The position numbers were made by a program, and so were the translations under genes. A stretch of DNA of 61,708 bases from an uncultured Lentisphaerota bacterium (GTDB lineage Bacteria; Verrucomicrobiota; Lentisphaeria; Oligosphaerales; CAITYL01), in NCBI GenBank assembly GCA_903896595.1, contig CAITYL010000060.1, positions 1 to 61,708 of the forward strand. The letters are read 5' to 3'. Below, in pieces: positions 20,916-30,238 of the stretch. The notes below the pieces were generated by a model. The model saw nothing but the letters and a program-made list of their open reading frames with translations, made no database searches and was not told the origin of the DNA. Positions within the stretch are counted from its first letter, which is position 1. Each line of letters starts with the position of its first letter.

Positions 20916-21507
20916 ATGAGCGTCAGCACCATGAGTTGGGGAGTTGGCCTGGTCTGCCTGTGGAACAGCTGCCAGGCCGCCAATCCGCGCCTGCCCATCG
21001 TCCCGGCAGCGCCATCTCTCCCGCCACCGGCCGCGGCGGAAACCGCAATCATCCAACAAAACCTGTCGCGCCACGTCCACACCCTGGCGGGCGAGATCGG
21101 CGAGCGCAACCTGGCCGCCTATGCCGGCCTCAACCGCGCGGCCGACTACGCCCTCGGCCAGATGTCCGGCATTCGTGGCCTGGGTGGCCAATGACGCCGG
21201 CTCCAAGGCGCTGCACCAACGCTGCCTGAAGGTGTTCCGGGAACATTCCACCTTCCCGGCGGACGGCGCGGTGGTGCCGAAGTGGATTCCGCACGCGGCC
21301 TCCTCCGACCACTGGGCGTTTGCCAAGGTCGGCTACCCGGCGCTGATGATCACCGACACCGCCATGTACCGTTACCGCTACTACCACACCATCCACGATG
21401 ACCCGGACCAGCTCGATTACGCCAAAATGGCGCAGGTGGTGGCAGGCCTGCGCGCCGTCGTGGCGGACCTGGCCAACCCGGCCGCGGACCCGACGACGAA
21501 GCAATGA
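20916..21507 (+). pseudogene. M28-family peptidase with internal deletion and frameshift
   Basis: N-terminal LSRHVHTLAGEIGERN...LNRAADY in one frame; C-terminal FVAWVAN...SDHWAF..GYPALMITDTA..RY.YYH...D in another. The central zinc-ligand region is absent. Junction ~21165. Confidence 0.75.
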
Positions 21508-21811
21508 AATTGGCAGAATTCAGGCCTGTTACAATGAGTATGCCACGTTAGGGTGAAAAAATGAATTGAACCACGGAATTCCGATGACCCACTTTGCATG
21601 GATGACCGGTGAATCCAGGGAAACGTCTGGTTCACCACCCGCTACGCTAGAGACACCGAGGCACGGAGAAGACAATGCAGGAGAGATCGGCATTCGCTCC
21701 TTTCCCGCTCCAGTTCAAACCATTTGGCGGCATCGCCTCGCCGTCAAACCGGCGAGGCGATACGCAGTATAACCGCAAAGAACGCAAAGGGCACAAAAAA
21801 GGAATACGTCC

Positions 21812-22183
21812 ATGCCGAGTTTCACTCCCCGCCTGACCCGGACGCACGGGATCATCTTGATGGTCCTGCTGGGGCTGTTTACCCTGCTGGATTTCCTGAT
21901 TGCCCGGGCCGGGCATGCCGACTCGGTGGCGCTGGCCACGTTGGGAACCGTGGCCGGCCCGCTGGCCGGCGCCCTGGCCCGCAACTGCCAAAGCTGCTGC
22001 CTGCGTGTTTCCCTGCAACTCATGGCGTGGTGCGCGCCGGTCCTGCTGGCGGCCATGGCGTTCCAGTTCCTCCGCCTGCCCGACAAAGCATGGATCAAGG
22101 TGTTGCGTCTGGGCGTGTGGGGCGCCGGCTGGCTGGCCTGGTTCCTGGGCGGCATCCTCGCCTTCGGGCATGCCCTGAGTTGA
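21812..22183 (+). CDS. Small membrane protein (about 4 TM), unknown function
   Basis: 123-aa ORF with four hydrophobic stretches, a CQSCC motif and an AAGGA RBS-like sequence upstream. Confidence 0.75.
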   Translation: MPSFTPRLTRTHGIILMVLLGLFTLLDFLIARAGHADSVALATLGTVAGPLAGALARNCQSCCLRVSLQLMAWCAPVLLAAMAFQFLRLPDKAWIKVLRLGVWGAGWLAWFLGGILAFGHALS

Positions 22184-22305
22184 CACGAATTCGCGTCATG
22201 GACGGAACACGGAAAAACGGAAGGACGGAAGAATCATGCTGAACGGGGCACAAAGAGGAAACTGGGTTTTTACTCCGTGCCTCTGTGTCTCCGTGAGAGA
22301 ATGTG

Positions 22306-23814
22306 TTAACGCGTTCCCGTCTCATCCTCCGCCAGCCCGACGTATTTGCGGACCGTGCGCCGGTCGAGGCCGGAGATCCGGGCCACCGCCTCGTAGCTGC
22401 CGTGCCGCCGGTGGAGCAGCGCGCAGTACGCCGCCAGCAACCCGGAAGCCGGCGGCGGCTGTGCCAGCAGGCCGTCCTCCCGGAACCAGGCCGCCGGCCC
22501 GACGGCGGTCCCGGCCGGGACCGCCGCCGGCTCGTAGCGCCCAGCCACCAGAATGCGGCGGACGGCCTGTTCCAGCTCGCGGACATTGCCCGGCCAGCCA
22601 TACTCCGGCCCGGGACTCTCGTTCAGACAGACGGCGACGCGCCGCTGCAAGTCCGGGGCCGCCTGGCCAACAATATGGGCAATGGCCACCCCCAGCATGT
22701 CCGTCAATTCCCCCGCATCCTCCCACAACCGCTGACGGAGAGGCGGCACGGTGATCACGTCGGAACAGAGCCGGTAGTAGAAATCGGCCCGGAATTTGCC
22801 GCTGCCCAGCAGGCCGCCAAGATCCCGGTTGGTGGCGGCAATGACCCGGCCACGAAAGCGCCGGACCTCGTGGCTGCCCACAGGGGAGAACGTACGCTCC
22901 TGCAAGACCTTCAGCAGCTTGAGCTGCACCGGCGGTGCGACGTCGCCAATCTCGTCCAAAAAGATGGCGCCGTGGGGACTGCACCGACTAAAAATCCCCT
23001 CGTGATGCTCCACCGCGCCAGTGAACGCCCCCTTGCAATGGCCGAACAGTTCGGACTCGATCAGGTTTTCCGGAAATTGCGACAAGTTGATGGCGATGAA
23101 GTTGCGGCAAAAACTCTCGGCAAAGCCCCCCTTCTTCGCCGCGAACGGAATGAACCCCGAGCGCCCGAGGGCGGCGGCGGCGGCCCCCTTGCCGGTGCCG
23201 GTCTCCCCCAGCAGCAGCGTGGAGAAATCCTCCATCCGGTCCCACAACCGTTCCGTGTAGGCGAGCAGGTCGTGCGTGAAAAGATTGTTCCATAGCCGCA
23301 TGCGAAGCTCGCGCATGCCGGGGCTGCGGCCGACCAGTTGGTGCTTGATAAAGAAAAAGGCGCGCCGGAGCTGGTAAAAAACGGCCAGGGACCGTTCCGC
23401 CTCGTCAACGCTAAAACCGCGACCGGTCAGCAAGCCCAGGGCATCGCGGGCAAAGGGCACGGCACAGGGGTCGTCACCGGCGGCCATTTGCCGGCGGATC
23501 AGATCATCGAACGCGGCAATAAAGCGATGAAAAACGTCGAACAGCAGAAAGTACCGTACCGCCTCGCCGTCGCCGGCGGCGAATCGGCGGAAATCGGCGC
23601 GCCCGGCCCGCTCCATCTGGTCGGCATGGGCGTTGACGCGCCGGATGACCGCCTCGATCACGTCGTCCGCCGCCACGGTCGGCGCGAGCCCGACAATGGC
23701 CGCATCCAGTTCGAGGCGTTCGACACTGAAAGGGTTGGCGACCACGGCCGCCCGCACCGTGTTAAAAAACGCCCGTTCCGACGACGTGAGTTTCAACTGT
23801 CCGTTGGGCGTCAT
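22306..23814 (-). CDS. Sigma54-dependent enhancer-binding protein
   Basis: Walker A GETGTGKG, ESELFGHCKGAFTGA, IFLDEIGD, FRADFYYRL, WPGNVRELEQ and a C-terminal HTH. The N-domain is not a recognisable REC/GAF/PAS. Start placed at MTPNG. Confidence 0.92.
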   Translation of the reverse strand: MTPNGQLKLTSSERAFFNTVRAAVVANPFSVERLELDAAIVGLAPTVAADDVIEAVIRRVNAHADQMERAGRADFRRFAAGDGEAVRYFLLFDVFHRFIAAFDDLIRRQMAAGDDPCAVPFARDALGLLTGRGFSVDEAERSLAVFYQLRRAFFFIKHQLVGRSPGMRELRMRLWNNLFTHDLLAYTERLWDRMEDFSTLLLGETGTGKGAAAAALGRSGFIPFAAKKGGFAESFCRNFIAINLSQFPENLIESELFGHCKGAFTGAVEHHEGIFSRCSPHGAIFLDEIGDVAPPVQLKLLKVLQERTFSPVGSHEVRRFRGRVIAATNRDLGGLLGSGKFRADFYYRLCSDVITVPPLRQRLWEDAGELTDMLGVAIAHIVGQAAPDLQRRVAVCLNESPGPEYGWPGNVRELEQAVRRILVAGRYEPAAVPAGTAVGPAAWFREDGLLAQPPPASGLLAAYCALLHRRHGSYEAVARISGLDRRTVRKYVGLAEDETGTR

Positions 23815-23868
23815 GCCGTTCGTCCTCCGCCTGGATGCGTTGCCGATTGCCAATGGCAAACAATGAAT

Positions 23869-25188
23869 TTACGGCGCCGGCTGGCTTTGGCTCTCGGTGA
23901 GCAGGCGGCGGAATTCACGGGGCGTGAGATTGATTTCACGCCGGAACACCTTGGTAAAATAGCTTTGATCCTGAAACCCGCACCGCCGGCAAATTTCGCC
24001 GATGGACAGGGAGGAGAAAGACAGGAGGCGCTTGGCCTCGCTCATCCGCGCCGCCAATAGCATGTCGCCAAAGGTGTTTCCAGTCTCCTTCTTCAGCTTG
24101 TGAATGAGATTGGACCGACTGACGCCGATCGCGGCGGCCACATCATTGAGGCCCACCGCTTCGGCGTAATGCTGGCGCAACCAGTCATGCACCCGGTCAG
24201 ACAAGGAATGAACCGGCACCAGGGCCGTCTTGGCGTTCGCCGCCGCCGAGTCGGAAAAAAACAGGTTTTCCGCCCAAAAACAGAGGGCTTCGGCATCGGC
24301 CAGTTTTTCCAGTTCCAGCAATTTTTCATCGATGCGCCCCATGATGGCCGGCCAAGTGGCGCCGCGCTCGGCCTGCCGCCGCGCCAGCAGGCCGCACAAC
24401 ACCAGCAACCCCGCCTTGATGCGGGTCAGGTCACCCCGGGCGTCCAACAACAGACTGATCAGAAAATCGTCCATGGCCTGGCGGCGGCCGATCTCCTGGC
24501 CGACATCCCCCGGCGCGGCCACCAGGGCCATCATGGAACTGAGCGGCCATTGCGGGGTGTCGGCGGCCGTGGACAGACGGTCCTGGCGGCGGCGGTTCAG
24601 CCGTTGCTGCTGCTGGAAAATTTTCTGCCGCATGGCAAACGTGGAGGATTGATTCAAGCCGTTGGCAAAGGTGGCGTCCAACACAAAATGGGCGGTCGCT
24701 TTGACTTGACCAAAGACGAGTTCGCGCATGCCCTGCAACGCGGTGACAAAGCGTTCCGCCATGCCGCTGCTGTCCAGTCCGGACAGGCGGCTGAGAATTT
24801 TGTGCTGGGTCGCCTCCCCTTCGCCAGGGCTGAAATAACCACCCACCTCAATGGCCCCGATGATCTCGTTATGGGGCGCCACCGGGACCACAAAACAATC
24901 CACGCCCAACCAACAGCGGCAATACCAAACGTCACCGATGGCAAAGCCCTGAACCGCCGCCGCATTGGCGTTGTTTTGACAGAGGCTGCCAGCCTTGGGA
25001 TGCCGCAGACAGCCGGAGCAAAACCGGCAGACGCCGAGCCCTTCCAGGGGGGAGCTCCGCTGGTCGAATCCGAAATAGACCCCGCCGAAACCGGAAAAGC
25101 GGCTCAACTCGTCCAACACGTTGCGGATACGGCTGTCCAGATCGCTCTCCGCCCGCCCCCCGGTCGCCCCGCCGAATTTTGCCATCAT
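23869..25188 (-). CDS. AraC-family regulator with PocR-type sensor domain
   Basis: CRFC...C...YCRCWLG PocR-like cysteine pattern; AraC HTH IGEICRRCGFQDQSYFTKVFRREINLTPREFR. Start placed at MMAKF. Confidence 0.85.
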   Translation of the reverse strand: MMAKFGGATGGRAESDLDSRIRNVLDELSRFSGFGGVYFGFDQRSSPLEGLGVCRFCSGCLRHPKAGSLCQNNANAAAVQGFAIGDVWYCRCWLGVDCFVVPVAPHNEIIGAIEVGGYFSPGEGEATQHKILSRLSGLDSSGMAERFVTALQGMRELVFGQVKATAHFVLDATFANGLNQSSTFAMRQKIFQQQQRLNRRRQDRLSTAADTPQWPLSSMMALVAAPGDVGQEIGRRQAMDDFLISLLLDARGDLTRIKAGLLVLCGLLARRQAERGATWPAIMGRIDEKLLELEKLADAEALCFWAENLFFSDSAAANAKTALVPVHSLSDRVHDWLRQHYAEAVGLNDVAAAIGVSRSNLIHKLKKETGNTFGDMLLAARMSEAKRLLSFSSLSIGEICRRCGFQDQSYFTKVFRREINLTPREFRRLLTESQSQPAP

Positions 25189-25274
25189 GACGCGCGTCTC
25201 CAACGATAACGTCAAAATCAGGCACCCCGCCGCAAACCGACGTTTTGCCAGAACTTGCACCAACACCTGCCCCG

Positions 25275-25330
25275 CCCCTCAACCCCTCAACCCCTCAACC
25301 CCTCAACTGCCCAACCGCCCAACCGCCCAA
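25275..25330. repeat. Octamer tandem repeat, 7 units
   Basis: (CCCCTCAA)x4, CTGCCCAA, (CCGCCCAA)x2 in the divergent intergenic region. Confidence 0.9.
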
Positions 25331-25492
25331 CCAGGAGTCAATATTACCTAATTCTACCAAAAATAAACCCGTCTTTGCTGGCAAACTTTTAAATAATTGG
25401 TATTTTTACTGGTAACAATGCCGTTTTGTTCCGGTTGCGACGGGCGCAACCGGCCAAGACGGTGCCACCTCATCCCGGAAAATCCCCCACAC

Positions 25493-26131
25493 ATGGCCAA
25501 CGACATGCTCATCCAAATCTCGGAAAACGTCATCAAAGGCAAGGCACCAGTGGTGAAAGAGCTGGTTGAGAAAGCCATTGCCGCCAACCTGCCGGTGAAA
25601 CAGATTCTCGATGAGGGCTTGATCGCCGGCATGAACGTGGTCGGCACCAAGTTCAAGGCCAATGAGTTCTATGTTCCCGAGGTGCTGATCGCCGCCCGGG
25701 CGATGAATGCCGGAATGGCCCTGCTCAAACCGTTGTTGAAGGCGGCCGGAGTCAAGGCCAAGGCGACGGCCTGCGTCGGCACGGTCAAGGGCGATCTGCA
25801 CGATATTGGCAAGAACCTGGTGTGCATGATGCTCGAGGGCGCCGGCTATAACGTGGTCGATTTGGGCGTCAATGTGGACGCGGCGAAATTTGTCGAAGAG
25901 GCGAAGAAACACGACGCCCAGCTCATCGGCATGAGCGCCCTGCTCACCACCACCATGGGCGCCATGAAAAGCACCGTGGACGCCATCAAGGACGCCGGCC
26001 TCAAGGGCAAGGTCAAAATCATGGTCGGCGGCGCGCCGCTGACCCAGAGCTTCGCCGATGAGATCGGCGCCGACGGCTATGCCGCGGACGCCGCGTCGGC
26101 GGTGGATCTGGCCAACGCGCTCATTGCCTGA
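25493..26131 (+). CDS. Methyltransferase cognate corrinoid (B12-binding) protein, MttC/MtbC-like
   Basis: Cap domain GLIAGMNVVGTKF..EFYVPEVLIAARAM; GDLHDIGKNLV; SALLTTTM; VGGAP...IGADGY. Confidence 0.95.
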   Translation: MANDMLIQISENVIKGKAPVVKELVEKAIAANLPVKQILDEGLIAGMNVVGTKFKANEFYVPEVLIAARAMNAGMALLKPLLKAAGVKAKATACVGTVKGDLHDIGKNLVCMMLEGAGYNVVDLGVNVDAAKFVEEAKKHDAQLIGMSALLTTTMGAMKSTVDAIKDAGLKGKVKIMVGGAPLTQSFADEIGADGYAADAASAVDLANALIA

Positions 26132-26168
26132 GCCCCGGCTCACGCGCCTTAATGCACCTTTCCGCCTT

Positions 26169-26198
26169 GGGGCGGCACCGGTACGCCGGGGCCGCCCC
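26169..26198 (+). terminator. Hairpin after the corrinoid gene
   Basis: GGGGCGGCACCGG-TACG-CCGGGGCCGCCCC (one mismatch) followed by TTGTGTT. Confidence 0.55.
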
Positions 26199-26280
26199 TT
26201 GTGTTAGGCTGAAGCTTGTCAGGCTGTAGGCTGAAGGTAATGACGATGTCACCCGAATGCGGTATAAACGTCGTTGTCCG

Positions 26281-26680
26281 TCAGTCAGCGGGAGCCGGAC
26301 CGGTGGTGGAGCCGATCTTTAGCGGCCCGGGGATCATGTGCTGGGTGCCGACGGCGGCGGCGTCCATCCGGGCCACCCGCTTCAAGAGCAATTCCACGCC
26401 GAGAGTGGCCATTTCCCCTTCCGGGAGCTTGACGGCGGTCTCCATGATGGTATCATAGGCCATGTGATTGTAGGCGATGAGCGCTGTCGGCCGCAGCGGC
26501 TGCTGCAAGATGGCGGCCAAACTGCTCAAGGGAGCCACCCTGGCGTGGAAAGGCCGCAACGAGGCGCACAGTCCGATCTGCCTTTACGACATGCCGTGGT
26601 CCCCCCCTGCCCGACCGCATGGTCGAGTCCATTGAGATCACCAGCGGCAATTCCGATGCGAGTCCCATCATTGCCAGCAT
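26281..26680 (-). pseudogene. Remnant of a LacI-type sensor domain
   Basis: RPTALIAYNHM...TAVKLPEGEMATLGVELLL...GSTTG resembles a LacI C-terminus. It lacks an HTH and the VPxDxSxxGFD segment and is split across frames. Confidence 0.55.
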
Positions 26681-26782
26681 GACGCTAAAAAAGGAACCGC
26701 CCGGCTACGGCGGCACCTTCCAGCCGGTTCTGCATTTTACTCAATGCCTGAGTCAACTCACTCCGTCACCGAGGCATTGGGA

Positions 26783-27985
26783 TCAGGTGAAATACTGAAC
26801 GGTCTGGTGGAGGAATTCGGCTTCGGTCTTCATCTCCTCTTCATCTTTCTGATTGGTGGTGAACTGGAGCAGTTGGGGCTGAATCCGTTCCGCATTCGGG
26901 CAGATGCCCCGGTCCGTGTTGAACCGGCCGTCCAACCCGATCGGGCCAAGCACCCGCCGGCGGATGTCGGGAACCGAATCCTCGTTGTAGCACAGGCTCC
27001 AGGCGGCGTAGAGACTGGAACCGCCGAACTCGATGTATTTCCGACGGAAATCGTCCCACTTGATCGCGTCGGTGGCCAGGCGGACGGCATAGGTGTAATA
27101 GGCATTCCGGTCGCCGGCCGGTGTCTGCTGCGGGCGCAGCCACGCGCAGTCGCCGATGGCGGCGGCGTAATGGGCCGCACTCTGTTCCCGGAGGCTGACG
27201 AACCAGTCCAGTTTTTCCAATTGCGCCAGCCCCATGGCGGCGGCCACTTCCGGCAGGCGGTACATGAAGCCGAACTGGGAATGCCGCTTGTATGACGGGT
27301 TCTGGAACAGATCCTTGGAAACGCGGATTTTGCCGCTTTTCGCCGTGGCGTTGCGGAAGCCCTGGCAGTTGAGCCGCCGCAGGTTGTCCCCCAGCGCCTC
27401 GTCGTTGCAGGTGATGATGCCGCCGTCGCCGGTGGTCAGGTGCTTGGAGTTCTCGAAACTCCAGCTGCCGACATCGCCGATCGTGCCGCCCATGCGCCCC
27501 CGGTGCGTGCCCAGATAGCACTGGGCACAGTCTTCCACGACGCCCAAGTGGTGCTCCTTGGCGATCTTCATGATCTCCGTCATGTCGCATACCTGGCCAT
27601 ACAGATGCACCGCCATGATCGCCTTGGTCCGCGGCGTGATTTTCCGGCGGAGGTCGGCGGGATCGATCAGGAAGGTGTCGGGATCGACATCGGCAAACAC
27701 CGGCACCGCGTTGCAGTACAGCACCGCATTCATGCACGAAATGACCGTCAGCGGGGTCAGAATGACCTCGTCGCCATACCCCACGCCGAGCGCCCACAAC
27801 GCGGCGTGCAAGGTAGTGGTGCCGGAATTGAAGGTGATTGCAAATTTCGACCCCATCCGCTGCGCGAACGCCTCCTCCAGACGGGTGTTCATGCCGCCGC
27901 AGGTGCTGCTGGCAAAACCGCTGTCCAGCACCTCCCGGATGTAGGCGTATTCGCGTTCATCAAAGCGCCAGGCGAGATTTCCCAT
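26783..27985 (-). CDS. DegT/DnrJ/EryC1/StrS-family PLP aminotransferase
   Basis: NSGTTTLH, KAIMAVHLYG, EDCAQ, SFENSKHLTTGDGG (catalytic Lys), GFMYRL; AAGGAG RBS. Confidence 0.95.
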   Translation of the reverse strand: MGNLAWRFDEREYAYIREVLDSGFASSTCGGMNTRLEEAFAQRMGSKFAITFNSGTTTLHAALWALGVGYGDEVILTPLTVISCMNAVLYCNAVPVFADVDPDTFLIDPADLRRKITPRTKAIMAVHLYGQVCDMTEIMKIAKEHHLGVVEDCAQCYLGTHRGRMGGTIGDVGSWSFENSKHLTTGDGGIITCNDEALGDNLRRLNCQGFRNATAKSGKIRVSKDLFQNPSYKRHSQFGFMYRLPEVAAAMGLAQLEKLDWFVSLREQSAAHYAAAIGDCAWLRPQQTPAGDRNAYYTYAVRLATDAIKWDDFRRKYIEFGGSSLYAAWSLCYNEDSVPDIRRRVLGPIGLDGRFNTDRGICPNAERIQPQLLQFTTNQKDEEEMKTEAEFLHQTVQYFT

Positions 27986-28098
27986 GGTCAGTTTCTCCTT
28001 GGTGGTCGTTGTATTGAAACGTGTTATATGAAAAATACAGTATTAAAGCGGTGTCGAGCCACCGCCACTCAAAAGGTTCCGGCCGCGGCCGGAACCAG

Positions 28099-28848
28099 TC
28101 AACGCGTTGGCGTCATGACATTCCTTATGATTCCGGTTGCACGCGCTTTGGCTGTAGACGATTTCTCTCCACGCACGGGCAGATAAATTTCCAGGTGCCG
28201 GCGCATGGCGTCGCGGAACCCCGCGGCGTCGCCGGCCTTGAGCAGCGCATAAAGGTCCCGGTGCGACGGCGGGTGGGGATTGTCGCGCAGGGGAATCCCC
28301 TTGTTCTGACGCAGAATGCGGAGAAACGGATGCAGGATGCCCTGCAGCCGCTTGAGCGTCTCATTGCCGCTGATCTGGTAGAGCTTGGCGTGGAACTGGT
28401 ACTCGACCCGGTCCATTTCGGGCAGGTAATGCTGCTCCGGCCGGTCGCGTTTCACGATTTCCGCCAACTCCCGCAGGTCGGCGGCCGTCACCCGGGCGGA
28501 GACATAGTCGCACATGCCGAGTTCCATGACCACGCGAAGTTCCAGCAGTTCCAGCTGATCGCGGTCGTCGAGCACATTGGCGGTGGCCAGCCGTTCCAGG
28601 CCGATGAACGGGTCCGGCTTGACCAGTTCCATGCCCCGCCGTTTCCGGGACTCGACCAGCCCCAGCATTTTGAGCCGGCTCAACGCCTCCCGCACAATGT
28701 GCCGGCTGACGCGCAGCGTGGCCGCCAGCGCCTCCTCGCCGGGCAGGACGTCGCCGATGCCCAGCCGATTGGCGCGGATGAATTCGTACAACCGCTGCTC
28801 GACGGAGTCGGCAAGGGTGGTGGCGGCGGCCGGTAAGATGGGCGGCAT
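28099..28848 (-). CDS. FadR/GntR-family regulator
   Basis: GDVLPGEEALAATLRVSRHIVREALSRL wHTH; FCD-like ELRVVME...FHAKLYQISGN...H. Confidence 0.92.
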   Translation of the reverse strand: MPPILPAAATTLADSVEQRLYEFIRANRLGIGDVLPGEEALAATLRVSRHIVREALSRLKMLGLVESRKRRGMELVKPDPFIGLERLATANVLDDRDQLELLELRVVMELGMCDYVSARVTAADLRELAEIVKRDRPEQHYLPEMDRVEYQFHAKLYQISGNETLKRLQGILHPFLRILRQNKGIPLRDNPHPPSHRDLYALLKAGDAAGFRDAMRRHLEIYLPVRGEKSSTAKARATGIIRNVMTPTR

Positions 28849-28945
28849 GGGGGCGTACCTGGGTAACGGAATGGGGCGGTTTTTTTGTTGAACATATTAT
28901 ACAATTAAACGGGGCAAAAGCAAACGTGCCGCCCCGGCCGGGTGT

Positions 28946-29203
28946 ATGACATTATTGTCGGATGATGTTGGGGCCACCCTTTTGGAAAATGGTGCTCCCC
29001 AAACCCCTTCCTAAAACTTTTGTTTCCTAAATACCGGAGGGCGCTTCCACCACAAGCCATGCTGGCAACTCATTGCCGTTGTGCGTGTTGACTTGTGGTG
29101 GAAGCGCCCTCCGAGTTACACGGAACAAAAAGGTTTGACGGAGGGTTTGGGAACCGCCTTTCCTTAAAAGGGGGTTCCCAACATCGTCCGACAAAACTGT
29201 CAT
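28946..29203. mobile_element. Family B nested-palindrome element (MITE/REPIN-like), fullest copy
   Basis: 27-bp terminal inverted repeats with 3 mismatches; core ATGTTGGG...CCCAACAT; central perfect 21-bp stem GGAGGGCGCTTCCACCACAAG. Mobility is inferred from dispersed copies. Confidence 0.7.
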
Positions 29204-29224
29204 GCCCCACCCCGGCCGGGATGC

Positions 29225-29768
29225 TTACTTCAGGCTGGCGTTCACCGGTGACGTAACCAGCAGCGCCAACAGGGCGTCGGCCACCAGCCGGTGCCCCGCC
29301 GTGTTCGGGTGCAGCCCGTCCAGCAGCAGCGCGTCCATAGAGCGCCCGCAGTTCCGGCGTCCACCGCCCCGGATTGGGCGTCATCAGGATGACCTGGCTT
29401 CCCGCCTCGCGGAGCTGCCGGATCATGGCGGTCAGATTGGCGACGTACTGCCGCAAGGCGACGCGGGACGTGGTGGCGGGCGGGTCTTTCCAGACGTCCA
29501 CGGCCGCATCATTGATCCCGAATTGAATGATCGTCAGGTCCGGGTGGTGCGCCAGGACGTCAGTGTCGAACCGGGCCATGGCGTCGGCGGTGGTGTTGCC
29601 GGGAACGCCCCGATTCAGGACCGTGCCCGTGATCCCCCATGCGGGCAGTTCTGCGCGGAGCAGGTCGGCATACACCGGGACCGGCGCTCCGGCAACCGTC
29701 CGCGGTGCCGTAGTGGAGTCACCAAAGGCAAGAATGGTATGGGTTCCGGGGGACAACGGTGCGGTCAT
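29225..29768 (-). pseudogene. SGNH/GDSL hydrolase with internal deletion and frameshift
   Basis: FGDSTT, NRGVPGN and QFGIND blocks are in frame with the start. The catalytic block MDALLLDGLHPNTAGHRLVA...LK* (29338-29225) is in another frame. Confidence 0.8.
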
Positions 29769-30108
29769 TGGTCATTTTCCGCTCAACGTTACGGGTGCTC
29801 CAACAGTTTCCAGATTTTATCGCACTCCGGGTGTTGCAGCAGGAAATCCGCTTCGTAAAATATTGAGAAGAAGAAAACATAAGCAAAAGTGTCAAACGGA
29901 AATCAGGACTTGATAATCAGGGTGAAGCGTTTTACGAAAACAATCAGGGCAGTAGTGAACCTTGTGCCCGGTGTCCACCGGGGCCACAAGTTCCCCCTCA
30001 TTTACCGCCGACGGCACGTCAACGCCATAATTATCCCCATCACGAAACAGGAAATGCCATGGCATCGCGACAGTTCGCCAACCGCCCCACCGGTTCCCGT
30101 CTGAGTTC

Positions 30109-30143
30109 TTTCGTACATCAAACGGCGGGTTTCATACATCAAA
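30109..30143. promoter_or_regulatory. 21-bp-period direct repeat upstream of the GH-like gene
   Basis: TTTC(G/A)TACATCAAA at 30109 and 30130. Confidence 0.5.
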
Positions 30144-30238
30144 AGATAGATGTTTATTAATTTGCTTCTCCGACCCGGCGTTTACGGTAGGAAAATAGCC
30201 ATTTGCGGCCCATCCCTGAACAAGAAGGAATTTCGGCC

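Noticed and set aside
21530-21546. Second sigma54 promoter TGGCATACTCATTGT on the minus strand
   Set aside because: It has GT rather than GC at -12 and points antisense into the peptidase remnant.
26147-26237. GTTAGGC in family F as an attC core site
   Set aside because: No matching RYYYAAC inverse core at a suitable distance; the motif is part of a TAGGCTG tandem.
28010-28039. FadR operator TGTATT-N18-AATACA before the aminotransferase
   Set aside because: Short arms with a long spacer in AT-rich DNA could be chance; no convincing second copy.
29330-29345. Programmed frameshift restoring the SGNH hydrolase
   Set aside because: No slippery heptamer, and coding sequence appears missing, so a deletion fits better.
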